Positions 35,486-46,051 of a stretch of 64,000 bases of DNA are shown in pieces. Position numbers and translations under genes: made by a program. The notes under the pieces were generated by a model. That model saw only the letters and a list, made by a program, of their open reading frames with translations. It was not told where the DNA came from and made no database searches. The DNA is from a virus. Each line of letters starts with the position of its first letter. Position 1 is the first letter of the stretch. The stretch spans positions 1 to 64,000 of the IMG/VR virus record IMGVR_UViG_3300030104_005320. One strand, given 5' to 3'.

Positions 35486-37483
35486 ATGAACATCTCAATC
35501 GATCAACAGTGGCTAGACGAAAACAAACAAGAATGGGGCGGCTGGATACTGGGCGAGGAGGGTGCTACATACATTCTTGAAACAAATGTGACTGCCCCTA
35601 GAACAGCATTTGCTCTTGGTGCGGACAACATAACACTAGACATACAAGACAAGACAATAAAATTTGGCTGTGAGTCTGAGATAATAGTTCCTAATTTTGA
35701 TTTTGAAAATCGAATAAGGGGCTGGAGAAATTTTTCAGGTGAGTCTCCAACATGGCAGACTAATTGCGAATATATTAAACAGGAATGTCAAACTGGAGAT
35801 TCGGCAGCAACAATCCCAGTAGTAGAGCCCGGAAAAGAATACGCAATAAAGTCAAACAAATACTTTGACCTCAAAGCTGGACACACATACGCCCTAGCAC
35901 ACTGGGATATAAGAAGGCCAGCAGGCACAAAGCTTCCCAAGTGTCTTGTGAGAACACAAATCGGCGATCTAGATCCCGCAAGAGGCCCAAGAAAAGATAA
36001 GCCCGGAACAACAAACTATTCCATCTTTATGCCAGAAGAAGATATGTCGGGTCCGATAAAGTTTTTTATATCAATACCTGAAGACGAAGAAGAATCTGGC
36101 TTCTATAGAATGGATAACGTGCTTTTGTCTTATAGTCGTTGTCACGGAATAACGGGCAGGGGCAGTAACTACCATTGGAATAACGCTGCTCCAGACTTAC
36201 CGATCACCAACGAATACAAAAGAGCTTTGTATGGATTTACCTTAAAGTCTGGCAGGCGTAGTAGAATTGTTCAGGGTGGTGCTGGATTTGGTGGATGCTG
36301 CATAAATCTTAAATCATCCAAGCAATGCAATATAAGTGGTGTTGTATACATGGCGACACATCCCAGAAGCGTCAACGAAGAAATGGGAAAGTGTATAATG
36401 AGCCAATATGCTACAGATCTAACAATAGATCCAAGAGTTAGATTAAACAATAGGGCCATAGCTAACACTAGTAGACAGGGCCACTATGGGTACAATCATC
36501 ATGGAGGCACTATGCAGGGCAATTGTGATATTGGAGTCAACTCACTGGGTGGAAACCAAGGTGCTGCCAGTCTTGGACTAAAAAAAGATAGTGATGGAAC
36601 ATTAACTGTAAGCGGAAAAGGAAAGGTTCAAACAAGGTTTACTAACGGTTTCTTTCTCATGATTCAAGAGGGCGGCCCTTTCAGTAGTACAATTGTCGAA
36701 AATATAAATGTTGATAATATGCAAAATGGTTTTGGTGGCAGGGGTGTGCATTGGAAGGGATATAGTCACGAGGCTTCTGGTGTTAATACTTTGAGAAACT
36801 GCAACATATCCACTAAAGGTCTGCCTTTAAATCAAGAATACGGAACCAACAATAATGGATACAGCCTTGGAGGTTGTTATGGAATACAAGTCGAGCAAAT
36901 CGCAAGTAATCTTGTTATAGAAAATAATTTTGTTTCTGTTAAGGGTCTAAGTGAATCTGCCGCATACAGACTTTCTACCCATAAAGATCATAAGTATCCG
37001 CTGGTATGTACTACTGTAAACAATACGTTTGAGGCACTGCATGACAATCCCGCCAATATGGAAGAATATATTGGTGGTAAAAGGGCAGCGGTCTTTAAGC
37101 CTTATGGCATAATAGGAGAGAATCTTGGTCCACAAAAAGGAAATAAATTTGTATTTAATGATTGCTTAATTAATTTCGAGGGCTATAATAGTGGTATAAT
37201 ATTATTTGAAGATACTACTATTGAATATGTAGACGAAAAATCTCCCCATGCTAGTGCTTATCAAGTATCCTACGCGGGAGGTGGAACCGTAGAGTTTAAA
37301 AACACAACCTTTGTAGGATCTGGAACTTGGGAAAGATTAACTGCACAGGTAGACTTAGAGCCAAACCTTAACCATGCTAAACAAGACATCATAGTTAAAT
37401 ATACAGACGTGAACGGTCAATTGTTATACATGGTTTCCGGAAACCACATAACTAAACAGACACACCATATATTCCCAACTTAA
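35486..37483 (+). CDS. Putative tailspike / parallel beta-helix protein with carbohydrate-binding-like insert
   Basis: ADNITLDI; NFDFE CBM-like start; Asn/Gly-rich beta-helix-type repeats. Confidence 0.5.
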   Translation: MNISIDQQWLDENKQEWGGWILGEEGATYILETNVTAPRTAFALGADNITLDIQDKTIKFGCESEIIVPNFDFENRIRGWRNFSGESPTWQTNCEYIKQECQTGDSAATIPVVEPGKEYAIKSNKYFDLKAGHTYALAHWDIRRPAGTKLPKCLVRTQIGDLDPARGPRKDKPGTTNYSIFMPEEDMSGPIKFFISIPEDEEESGFYRMDNVLLSYSRCHGITGRGSNYHWNNAAPDLPITNEYKRALYGFTLKSGRRSRIVQGGAGFGGCCINLKSSKQCNISGVVYMATHPRSVNEEMGKCIMSQYATDLTIDPRVRLNNRAIANTSRQGHYGYNHHGGTMQGNCDIGVNSLGGNQGAASLGLKKDSDGTLTVSGKGKVQTRFTNGFFLMIQEGGPFSSTIVENINVDNMQNGFGGRGVHWKGYSHEASGVNTLRNCNISTKGLPLNQEYGTNNNGYSLGGCYGIQVEQIASNLVIENNFVSVKGLSESAAYRLSTHKDHKYPLVCTTVNNTFEALHDNPANMEEYIGGKRAAVFKPYGIIGENLGPQKGNKFVFNDCLINFEGYNSGIILFEDTTIEYVDEKSPHASAYQVSYAGGGTVEFKNTTFVGSGTWERLTAQVDLEPNLNHAKQDIIVKYTDVNGQLLYMVSGNHITKQTHHIFPT

Positions 37484-37749
37484 ATGAATAAATTGTGTAT
37501 GTAATGGCGTTAAACCTAACCTTATTTTAATACAGGAAAAACAATGTTACGACGAGACTCTGGATTGACAGACAGTCAGTTCATGGAGGCACAAAAAATG
37601 GTTCACGGAAGACATAAAAAAATATCTCAAGAATACGAAGATAGTATAAAAAAGACTAATGAAAAAATATTAAAGGAGAGGCTTGAAAGCAAATCTACTC
37701 AACCTCAAAACAAGACTTCACTATGGGACATGGTAACAGGATTATTTAA

Positions 37750-38124
37750 ATGAAAGTAATTATTGCTGGTGGTAGCACGTTTGAAGATTTAAACTTTATG
37801 CTAGACTCTATTCAACATGAGCTTGACGATATAAACATCATCGTTTCTGGAAGAAGTTTTGGTGCAGACGCAATAGCAGAAAAGCTGGCTAGTAGTTATG
37901 CTAAAGACTTAGAACTTTTCCCTGCTAACTGGGGCAAGTATGGAGAAAATGCCGGATACGACAGATGGCTCAAAGTTTTTAAAACGCAGGACATCGATAA
38001 GGTTATATTATTTTGGAATGGGAAAAGCTTGGGTACTAAAACTCTAAAAATTTTAGCTAGAGAGTTTGACATTCCCTGTGACGTGTATTATTATGAAGAA
38101 CGACAAAGCGGATATCCCGCTTGA
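37750..38124 (+). CDS. SLOG-family (YspA/DUF2493-like) protein
   Basis: MKVIIAGG, IVSG...GAD, FPANW..YG..AG, FWNGKS.GT. Confidence 0.8.
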   Translation: MKVIIAGGSTFEDLNFMLDSIQHELDDINIIVSGRSFGADAIAEKLASSYAKDLELFPANWGKYGENAGYDRWLKVFKTQDIDKVILFWNGKSLGTKTLKILAREFDIPCDVYYYEERQSGYPA

Positions 38125-38134
38125 AGGATAACTA

Positions 38135-39052
38135 ATGATAAAAATAAAGCCAGTAAATAACAGAGAAAGTGATGTAACCGACCTTAGCAATATTCAATAT
38201 CATCTCGATGTACTTTCTAGATCGGCTAAAGAAAAAAATAAAAATGAAACACTAGTCTTACAGGATGGCGTATACTATTTAAACGGTCCCTTGACGATAT
38301 CTGGCCATGTCAGCCTAGTTAGCGAAGGCAGGGGCAGGAGATCGGTTAGATTGGTCTTTACTGATCCGCAAAGCGATACGGCCTTGGTTACAGTAAAAAA
38401 CTGCAACGGTATTGTCTTTGATGGTATAAACATAAAAGCTTTTGGCGATGCCAACAGAGTCATTGGGCTTTTAAGCGAAAGTAATTCCTCTGCCACATTT
38501 AGTAATTTTGATATACAACTACAGTTAGGATTTGATTGTGTTGGCCTCAAGCATCGGCGTAATAAAATATGGGGAGAATCTTGCATCTATGAGAAGTTTG
38601 ACATAAGATCAGATGGTTCGTGTGTCGAAATACAAGGAGGAGACAATAATCAGTTTAGAGATTTTGATTGTACCGCCGGAACAAAAGTTCATCAGATGAT
38701 ATCTTCTGTATTTAAGTTTGCTGACAATTCTGTTCCGCACAATATTGTTATTGGCCCCGGAACTGGACAAAAGGGAGATCACGCTTACTACTGCAACTCT
38801 GTTTCCGATTCTATTTCAGGTGGCTTGATTACCTTTAGAGATTATAGATGGGAACAGCCTTCGTCTAAAGATACTGTAGCCTTCCTGCACACACCAAAAA
38901 GAAAAGACGGCAAACCGGGACATGTCACAGAAAGAGTTAATTTTATAGGGTGTAGAAACTCTAGAGTTAATCAGGCAGTTAAAATTGAAAACACTTTAAG
39001 AACTAGAATTATCGGCTGCTTTTTAGATGGTCAAAAGGATTTAGGTAAATGA
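38135..39052 (+). CDS. Pectate-lyase-like beta-helix protein
   Basis: D...IQ..LD...LVLQDGVYYLNGPLTI...VSLV.EG start typical of phage depolymerase folds. Confidence 0.55.
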   Translation: MIKIKPVNNRESDVTDLSNIQYHLDVLSRSAKEKNKNETLVLQDGVYYLNGPLTISGHVSLVSEGRGRRSVRLVFTDPQSDTALVTVKNCNGIVFDGINIKAFGDANRVIGLLSESNSSATFSNFDIQLQLGFDCVGLKHRRNKIWGESCIYEKFDIRSDGSCVEIQGGDNNQFRDFDCTAGTKVHQMISSVFKFADNSVPHNIVIGPGTGQKGDHAYYCNSVSDSISGGLITFRDYRWEQPSSKDTVAFLHTPKRKDGKPGHVTERVNFIGCRNSRVNQAVKIENTLRTRIIGCFLDGQKDLGK

Positions 39053-39519
39053 TAGATAAAAAAGATGCGTGGCATATGCTTTCTGTATGGGCCGCAGTAA
39101 AAATTGTTATAGCTATTGTAGTGCTATCGGTTATATTTTATTTCAACATGCCCACACAGACAGATGAAATATTCGGTGCTCCACGACATGGAACCGAGAG
39201 ATATTGGCAAGATGTAATTCACGAAGAACTTTCACAAAGAGACGGGTGGGGTTCTATCGAAAAAGAATACCGGCTAGACGATGGGACTAGGGTTGATTTG
39301 CTTCTCGAAAATGAGGCATGTGAGATTGACTGGGCCGATAAGTGGGCCGAAGGCGTAGGTCAATCAATTTATTATGGACTAAAAACCCGTAGAGGGCCGC
39401 TGGTTATTTTGCTTGCCAAGAAAGATGGCTGGGAAAAATACAGAGACAGGGTTGAATACTGCGGGGTAAATTGTTGGGTTTATGACACTAGAATAGAAGA
39501 TTGGGTTGACAAAGAATGA
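39049..39519 (+). CDS. Membrane-anchored PD-(D/E)XK-like protein
   Basis: N-terminal TM; EYRLDDGTRVDLL...EIDWA.KWAE.VGQ.IYY. Confidence 0.55.
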   Translation: MIDKKDAWHMLSVWAAVKIVIAIVVLSVIFYFNMPTQTDEIFGAPRHGTERYWQDVIHEELSQRDGWGSIEKEYRLDDGTRVDLLLENEACEIDWADKWAEGVGQSIYYGLKTRRGPLVILLAKKDGWEKYRDRVEYCGVNCWVYDTRIEDWVDKE

Positions 39520-39628
39520 TTACTGTTTTATCATGTGGACAATGCTGGCTTGGTATATCCCAGATATTAACCTTAGCCTTGATTTTTAGCGGGTCTGCTG
39601 TATATTGGATTAAAGAATTTTTTAAAAA

Positions 39629-39900
39629 GTAGCATGGCAGTTTGCCTGCCTAAACATGTAGATGTTATTATTGATGTTGTGACGGACGCGGGGGCAGTAC
39701 CCGCCACCTCCACTTCCCAGTCAAACGCTAGGGGGGTGAAACAGATTCGACGTGCGGCGTGATATAATAATTGCATGTGTTGGTTGATCTAAGGGCCAAC
39801 TAAAAAATAGATCAAAACTTTTAAATGCTGAACCTTGTTTAGCTTTGGCTGCGTAAAAACAGTCCGGGGGGTTGCCCGCCCTTGCTATCCAAACGGGCTT
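39629..39900 (+). ncRNA. ssrA: Circularly permuted (two-piece) tmRNA; tag AEPCLALAA
   Basis: T-arm and 3' acceptor strand (39688-39712) precede the 5' strand GGGGGTG-AAACAGATTCGAC (39732); G3.U70 pair; long P2; perfect PK1; tag ORF 39827-39856. Confidence 0.9.
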
Positions 39901-40149
39901 TTATTCACATATTGAGAGGTTTGTTATAATGCTTCCGTTTTTGTCAAATTCTACAGGATTATCCAACACCCATTGATCTACACATTCTTTATGAAGAAAT
40001 GTCTCACCGGACAGTATAGACAGCATCCTAGCCACTAGAGGCTCGCTATACACCATTTTTTGCTCGCACTGGATACAGTTCGGGCTTGATTTAATCAAGA
40101 ATAACAAGCATACTACAGCAATAACTATATAGACCATGTATTTTTTCAT
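39901..40149 (-). CDS. Small membrane-anchored Zn-binding protein
   Basis: GAGGAG SD; TTGTGTATA motif upstream; CxxC...HxxC; similar to 47209-47481. Confidence 0.6.
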   Translation of the reverse strand: MKKYMVYIVIAVVCLLFLIKSSPNCIQCEQKMVYSEPLVARMLSILSGETFLHKECVDQWVLDNPVEFDKNGSIITNLSICE

Positions 40150-40231
40150 TTTCGTCTCCTCGTTGGTTGGCTACGATATATACACAACACGCCCCCTAAA
40201 TACGGTTAAGATAAAATTAATTTATTTTTTT

Positions 40232-40271
40232 TAAAGAATATGTTGGCAATTTGACGATATTGATATATAAT
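40232..40271 (+). promoter_or_regulatory. Composite sigma28-like/sigma70 promoter
   Basis: TAAAGAAT-N13-GACGATAT; TTGGCA-17-TATAAT. Confidence 0.7.
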
Positions 40272-40308
40272 CATTGTGAAGGAAGCAAATCAAAGACTTG
40301 GAGTAGAA

Positions 40309-40713
40309 ATGAAAACAGCACCATCAAAAAACTGCCCATCTTGCAACGCAAGAGTCCACGTTAGAAAATCTGAATGTTCCTGTGGACACTTATTTTATGA
40401 GAGAAAAAACAAAGTCATAACTAACTGGAAATCTTTAAAGGCTGGTGATACAATAAGATCTGTTTATGGCAATGGCCCATATTGGCAAGATCCCGAAACT
40501 AAAGAGAAAACATACATGGGTTCTTACGGTAAGTTTGTCGTTAATTATGTCGGCGACAACTACATAAGATGTACCGAGAAAGGTAGGAACCGTATGTCTG
40601 GCACTGTCATCTTGTACATGGGTGATGGTAAAAAATCGTTGTTGTGTGATAATTTGTATAAGTATCCACACAAATTAATTCGTGTTTCTTTGAAAAGAAA
40701 AGGAGAGTCTTAA
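40309..40713 (+). CDS. Zinc-ribbon hypothetical protein
   Basis: CPSC...CSCGH. Confidence 0.65.
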   Translation: MKTAPSKNCPSCNARVHVRKSECSCGHLFYERKNKVITNWKSLKAGDTIRSVYGNGPYWQDPETKEKTYMGSYGKFVVNYVGDNYIRCTEKGRNRMSGTVILYMGDGKKSLLCDNLYKYPHKLIRVSLKRKGES

Positions 40714-40932
40714 ATGACTACAGATTGGTCCTCGCTTCTTAGTACGAAGCGAAATGTTATGGTCGTTTCTAATTTTGCAAAAGGTAATATTTCTGGTCGC
40801 CAGTTTTATTCTATGTTTGCAAACACAACAAATGGCGGAGCCGCCAGAACTTTGTTGCGTGAGCATGGTGTGACACAAGCACGATCTCTTGCCCGCAAAG
40901 CGTTGTCTCGCCGGTCGCTTACAAATATCTAG
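40714..40932 (+). CDS. Small basic hypothetical protein
   Basis: AAGGAG SD. Confidence 0.6.
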   Translation: MTTDWSSLLSTKRNVMVVSNFAKGNISGRQFYSMFANTTNGGAARTLLREHGVTQARSLARKALSRRSLTNI

Positions 40933-40942
40933 GAGTTTTTAA

Positions 40943-41317
40943 ATGTTGAACAATAGAGTTATTCTAAAGGGAAATCTAACTAAAGATCCCGAATACAAAA
41001 ATGTATCAGAAAAACATCTTGTTACGTTTCGGATTGCTGTTAATGAATCAATCGGAAACGGACGAGAAGAAACTGTTTATCTAGATGTTGATGGGTGGGG
41101 TAGTCATGCAGATTATGCCCAGAACGTTTCGCTTGTCAAAGGTGATCGCGTTATCGTAGATGGCCGATTGCGTCAGCGTAACTGGGAAGACAAGAACGGT
41201 GTCAATAGAACTTCGTATACCGTCCTTCCTAGTACGTTTTCTAAGGTTGTCAAGCCTTCGCGTTCTGAGTCGCAGGGTACTGGCTTTGCCATGAACAAAG
41301 CCGAAGTGACAGTCTAG
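40943..41317 (+). CDS. ssb: Single-stranded DNA-binding protein (lacks acidic C-terminal tip)
   Basis: LNNRVILKGNLTKDPE, KGDRVIVDGRLRQRNWEDKNG. Confidence 0.92.
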   Translation: MLNNRVILKGNLTKDPEYKNVSEKHLVTFRIAVNESIGNGREETVYLDVDGWGSHADYAQNVSLVKGDRVIVDGRLRQRNWEDKNGVNRTSYTVLPSTFSKVVKPSRSESQGTGFAMNKAEVTV

Positions 41318-41788
41318 CCCGCTTTTGACCTGAGCAAGTCCTAAAACTGCTTTTTTATTATGAATAGACAAACAATCATATCACAGATAAGAGAAGTGGA
41401 AGAGAGAATACAAAATCTTTCTGAAAGACTTTACAATCCGGATATAAATAATTCCGAGATGAAAGAAATAACAAAACGCAAAAAGAAACTCATCAAGACT
41501 AAAAATAAACTTTCAAAAAAACTAGACATGCGTTAATGTCTAAGCTATAGTAATAGGATTGAAGATGACCAAACCTAAAAAAATGCAATCAGCTAAACAG
41601 CTAAAAAGAACCAAGCAGAAAGAAAAGGCTAAAAAACAAAGGGCTAAACTAAAGTCTTTAAAATCAAAAGCCTACAACAGAGAAGAAAAAAAGATAAAGA
41701 AAGAAACGATGCTTCTTGAAAAAGAGATCAAGAAGCTGCAAAAAAACACCACAACTTACAGAAAGCCTGTTGAATTAGGAGAATAAGC

Positions 41789-42262
41789 GTGCAACCCACA
41801 AATACAGAATTACTAGACGGTGTAAATTTTGAATACGGATTATTATTTGCTTTCTTTTTTACTTTGCCTATGGCTTTGATATTTGCCAGACATCTTGTGT
41901 TGGCGTTTAAAGCACAAAAAATAGTCTATGTTCCGGTAGAAGTGGAAGTAGAAAAGCCACAAAAAACAAAGATTGAATACCGATATATAACCAAATACAA
42001 AACACCCTCTAAAAGCTCCGCAAAACCTAAAAACAAAACAAAACCAAGAAAACAAAAGAGACATATTGAAAATAGTAAGAAACGCACACCTGCTAAAACT
42101 CTCAACGTTCGAATGATTAGCGATGCGGCAGATGGTCTTAAGAACATTGGAATACCCAAAAGACAGGGTGTAGAACTGGCTAAAAAATTGTATATGAGCA
42201 AAACTTACAATTCTACAGAAAAACTATTTGAAGACTGTCTATCTGAGCTAAAAAAATCCTAA
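41789..42262 (+). CDS. TM protein with basic linker and RuvA-C-terminal-like helical domain
   Basis: DAADGLKNIGIPKRQGVEL pattern. Confidence 0.45.
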   Translation: MQPTNTELLDGVNFEYGLLFAFFFTLPMALIFARHLVLAFKAQKIVYVPVEVEVEKPQKTKIEYRYITKYKTPSKSSAKPKNKTKPRKQKRHIENSKKRTPAKTLNVRMISDAADGLKNIGIPKRQGVELAKKLYMSKTYNSTEKLFEDCLSELKKS

Positions 42263-42303
42263 GTTGTGTATATACTTTATATATAATCTTACAAGGGGAT
42301 AAA

Positions 42304-42984
42304 ATGCCAGAAGGAAAAATTTCAAAAATGACGAACACGGTAAGTCAAGAAGTGTCTGAAAAGATAAACCAATTGAAGTACACCGATTTTGACACTGACT
42401 ATAAGAAAAAAGATCACAATGTATCTGACAAAATGACGATAGATTGGAAAAATGTCTTACCTAAACCTCAGTCTAATACCTCAAAAGAAACGTCAAAAGA
42501 ATTAAGATATCTGTCCCAGCTTACTAACAACTTGTCTCCACAACAGATCGATCTAATAAACTTAGTAGATACTGAACCCCTAGATCTGTTTACCCCAATA
42601 CTCAGAAAAAACGGCTTGTCTCTGGATAAGAGTGTTTTTAACAAAATATGGAGCATGACTGAGCCTATCGTTATGTCTCTGAAAGACAAGTACGACAGAC
42701 CTAGACCGTATCAGATTGCTGATTTATTTGGTTTAAAAATAAAAGTTACAGAATCAAATACGCACCACACTCCTGCGTATCCATCGGGACATACTGCCTA
42801 CGCTGCTATGGCTGCTTTATATTTAGACGAACTATACCCAGATCTTGCCGACCAGTTTTTTCATCAGGTGGGTATGGCTGGATATGCTAGAATACTCCAA
42901 GGCGTGCATTATCCCTCAGACAACAGGGCTTCAATGGTAATAACCGGAGCAATTTGGGAAGATATAAGGCCGTTTTTTATATAG
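42304..42984 (+). CDS. PAP2 acid phosphatase / haloperoxidase-superfamily protein
   Basis: K..YDRPRP, AYPSGH, ARILQGVHYPSD. Confidence 0.88.
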   Translation: MPEGKISKMTNTVSQEVSEKINQLKYTDFDTDYKKKDHNVSDKMTIDWKNVLPKPQSNTSKETSKELRYLSQLTNNLSPQQIDLINLVDTEPLDLFTPILRKNGLSLDKSVFNKIWSMTEPIVMSLKDKYDRPRPYQIADLFGLKIKVTESNTHHTPAYPSGHTAYAAMAALYLDELYPDLADQFFHQVGMAGYARILQGVHYPSDNRASMVITGAIWEDIRPFFI

Positions 42985-42990
42985 ATCGAA

Positions 42991-43737
42991 ATGGGATACA
43001 AAAACTATACAATCAGAGGAAAAACAGACGGATTTGGATGTCAGTACAACGCCATACTTTCCGGCATAGCTTTTTGTACGAACTCTAATGGTAGATACAG
43101 ATATATACATACTCCATTTTCGAGAGTTTCTCACGGATGGGAGTCGCGTACAAAAGAATTAAGTGATTTTATAGGGGTTCCAGACAACAGACATGGAAAA
43201 AAAATACACGTAGCACAAAGGTACAACAAGGCTGTACATTTAGATCAAAGTCCTAGCAACTGGTACAACAAGGAAGTTTTAGATTTAATAAAAAACTACT
43301 ACTGGAGCACAGAAAAACCAGAAAAAATACAAGATGAAATAGTTGTACATATAAGAAGAGGAGATGTTCAGCCACATAGAGGCGGCGATAGAAAAGCTAG
43401 ACATATGAAAAACAAATGGTATAACGGAAGAATACCATGGCTTGCCGATAGATATCCGGATCACTACAAGATCACGATACATTCCGAAGGAGACATGTCT
43501 GAATTTCAAAGTATAATGGACGGATGGCCGGAAGAAATAAAGTCTAGAACGACTTGGAAGTTAAATGCGTGCCTTAAGGAAGCCTTTAATGATATGGTTA
43601 CTGCAAAGGTTTTTTTTCAAAGTAAGAGCGGACTTTCTTATACGGCTGGGATACTTTCGGATGGCGAAGTTTATTTTAAGATGGGCAGTAGTGCCAGAGG
43701 TCAAAAATATCCATTGCAAAATTGGATAGTTATTTAA
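42991..43737 (+). CDS. Alpha-1,2-fucosyltransferase-like (GT11/GT23-type) glycosyltransferase
   Basis: DGFGCQY, VVHIRRGD (GDP-fucose-binding motif), SKSGLSY. Confidence 0.65.
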   Translation: MGYKNYTIRGKTDGFGCQYNAILSGIAFCTNSNGRYRYIHTPFSRVSHGWESRTKELSDFIGVPDNRHGKKIHVAQRYNKAVHLDQSPSNWYNKEVLDLIKNYYWSTEKPEKIQDEIVVHIRRGDVQPHRGGDRKARHMKNKWYNGRIPWLADRYPDHYKITIHSEGDMSEFQSIMDGWPEEIKSRTTWKLNACLKEAFNDMVTAKVFFQSKSGLSYTAGILSDGEVYFKMGSSARGQKYPLQNWIVI

Positions 43738-43915
43738 TTAGGGAGACGAACATGAAAGATTTTTGGTTGGGGTTTTCAGTAGCGACTTGTATTTGTCTGG
43801 CGGGATTTATAGCTTGGGAATATGTGAGATATGTTCCTGTTGTTGTTAAACCTGTTCCCGTTCCTGTTTCTAACGGCTCCAAGGTTCCCGAATTGTCCCC
43901 CGTTATTACAGAATA

Positions 43916-44800
43916 ATGAAATTAGCAATAACTCCTAGTAATCAAGATTTAACTTTAGTTTTATTTGATACCGAAACACAAAAAACAAAATTTATAAAAT
44001 CTGAAAAGGATCAGTTTAATAAAAACGCAGACGACTCAAGACCTTTACATAGACCTTTCGGGATTACTTGGAACAAGGAGAAGATATTTATAGCCAGCAG
44101 AAAAAACCTACTGGTATTTGACAATAGATTAAACTATATAGGAAAGCACGAGAATATACTAGACGAGAACACACATCAAATAACTTACTACGATGGCAAA
44201 ATAATTGCCACTATGACTAGAAAAGATTGTGTGTTATTTATTAATCTCGAAAAAAATAAGCAAGAATTATATCATCCGATAAAAGGCTGGATTACAAGTT
44301 GTGAATCGCTATCGCATGAAAACGAACAGTTTCACATAAATTCTTTAAATGTAACAGATGGATTTTTATATGTCATGCTCCACAATAGAGGGGTAAAAAA
44401 TAGTGAAATATTAGTTTTAGATATGCGGTTAAAGTCTCTAGTAAAGATCATAAACATGAAAGCAAAAAGGGCACACGGCATATATGCTAAAAAAGAAGTC
44501 TTAGGCACGCTAAACACAAACGACAATAACATAGTGATTAAAAACAAAATAATAGATATAAGCATACCAAAAAATCATTTTCTTAGAGGCATGGCTGGAG
44601 ATGATAATGAAATATGCTTTGCTCATTTTAAAGAAAATCTAAGAAGTTATAGAGGCGAAGGCGGCTCCTACATAAAAACCTTATCAGGTAAAAGTGGATA
44701 TATTGATGGTATAGGTTCAGTCAATGACATGAGAAGAATAGATGGAGTTGATCTTTGCCACAATAATAAATACAAGTTTCCATATGTGGGTAGTTTTTAA
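43916..44800 (+). CDS. Beta-propeller-like hypothetical protein
   Basis: PFGITW, THQI, FHINSL, AHGI, FLRGMA repeats. Confidence 0.5.
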   Translation: MKLAITPSNQDLTLVLFDTETQKTKFIKSEKDQFNKNADDSRPLHRPFGITWNKEKIFIASRKNLLVFDNRLNYIGKHENILDENTHQITYYDGKIIATMTRKDCVLFINLEKNKQELYHPIKGWITSCESLSHENEQFHINSLNVTDGFLYVMLHNRGVKNSEILVLDMRLKSLVKIINMKAKRAHGIYAKKEVLGTLNTNDNNIVIKNKIIDISIPKNHFLRGMAGDDNEICFAHFKENLRSYRGEGGSYIKTLSGKSGYIDGIGSVNDMRRIDGVDLCHNNKYKFPYVGSF

Positions 44801-45366
44801 TGATTTTAACAACCAAGCACATAGATAGCGATATAATAGAAGAAGGGTTTTCAAAGTTTGTAGAAATGTCTAAAGATGTATCTAGTCTAAATAGTGACTT
44901 TTGGGACTGCAATAAAAAATTTAGAGCTGAATCGCTATGGGAAATGTGTAAAAAGGATAAGGCGGACGAAGATTCTAGCAGATATAGACTAGGAGAATAT
45001 TCAGATCATATAGAATATATGGAATATGTAGCTAGAAAGTTTTTGCTAGAACAAGAAATTATAAATAAAAATGACTCTATAACAAGAAGCGGAGAAGGCG
45101 TTTATCCTCCGGGCGGTTATATGGGGTGGCACACAAATAGAAATCGTGCTGGTATTAGGTGTTATTTTAATTGGGCATCTGAATCTGGTAAATCAGGTTT
45201 AAAATACTGGTACGAAGGGACAGATAAAATAATTAGAGATTCTATAGATCAAATTGGCTGGCAACTCAGAATGTTTTCTACCGATTATTCGAAACCATTT
45301 TGGCACGCTGTTTGGTCTGACTGCACGAGATTATCAATAGGCTTTAGAATAATAAAAGGAAAATAA
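44800..45366 (+). CDS. Cupin/2OG-oxygenase-like protein
   Basis: YPPGGYMGWHTN...WHAV...RLSIGF. Confidence 0.55.
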   Translation: MILTTKHIDSDIIEEGFSKFVEMSKDVSSLNSDFWDCNKKFRAESLWEMCKKDKADEDSSRYRLGEYSDHIEYMEYVARKFLLEQEIINKNDSITRSGEGVYPPGGYMGWHTNRNRAGIRCYFNWASESGKSGLKYWYEGTDKIIRDSIDQIGWQLRMFSTDYSKPFWHAVWSDCTRLSIGFRIIKGK

Positions 45367-45367
45367 T

Positions 45368-46030
<663 letters not shown>

Positions 46031-46051
46031 TAAGATATTAGGAGAACAGCT

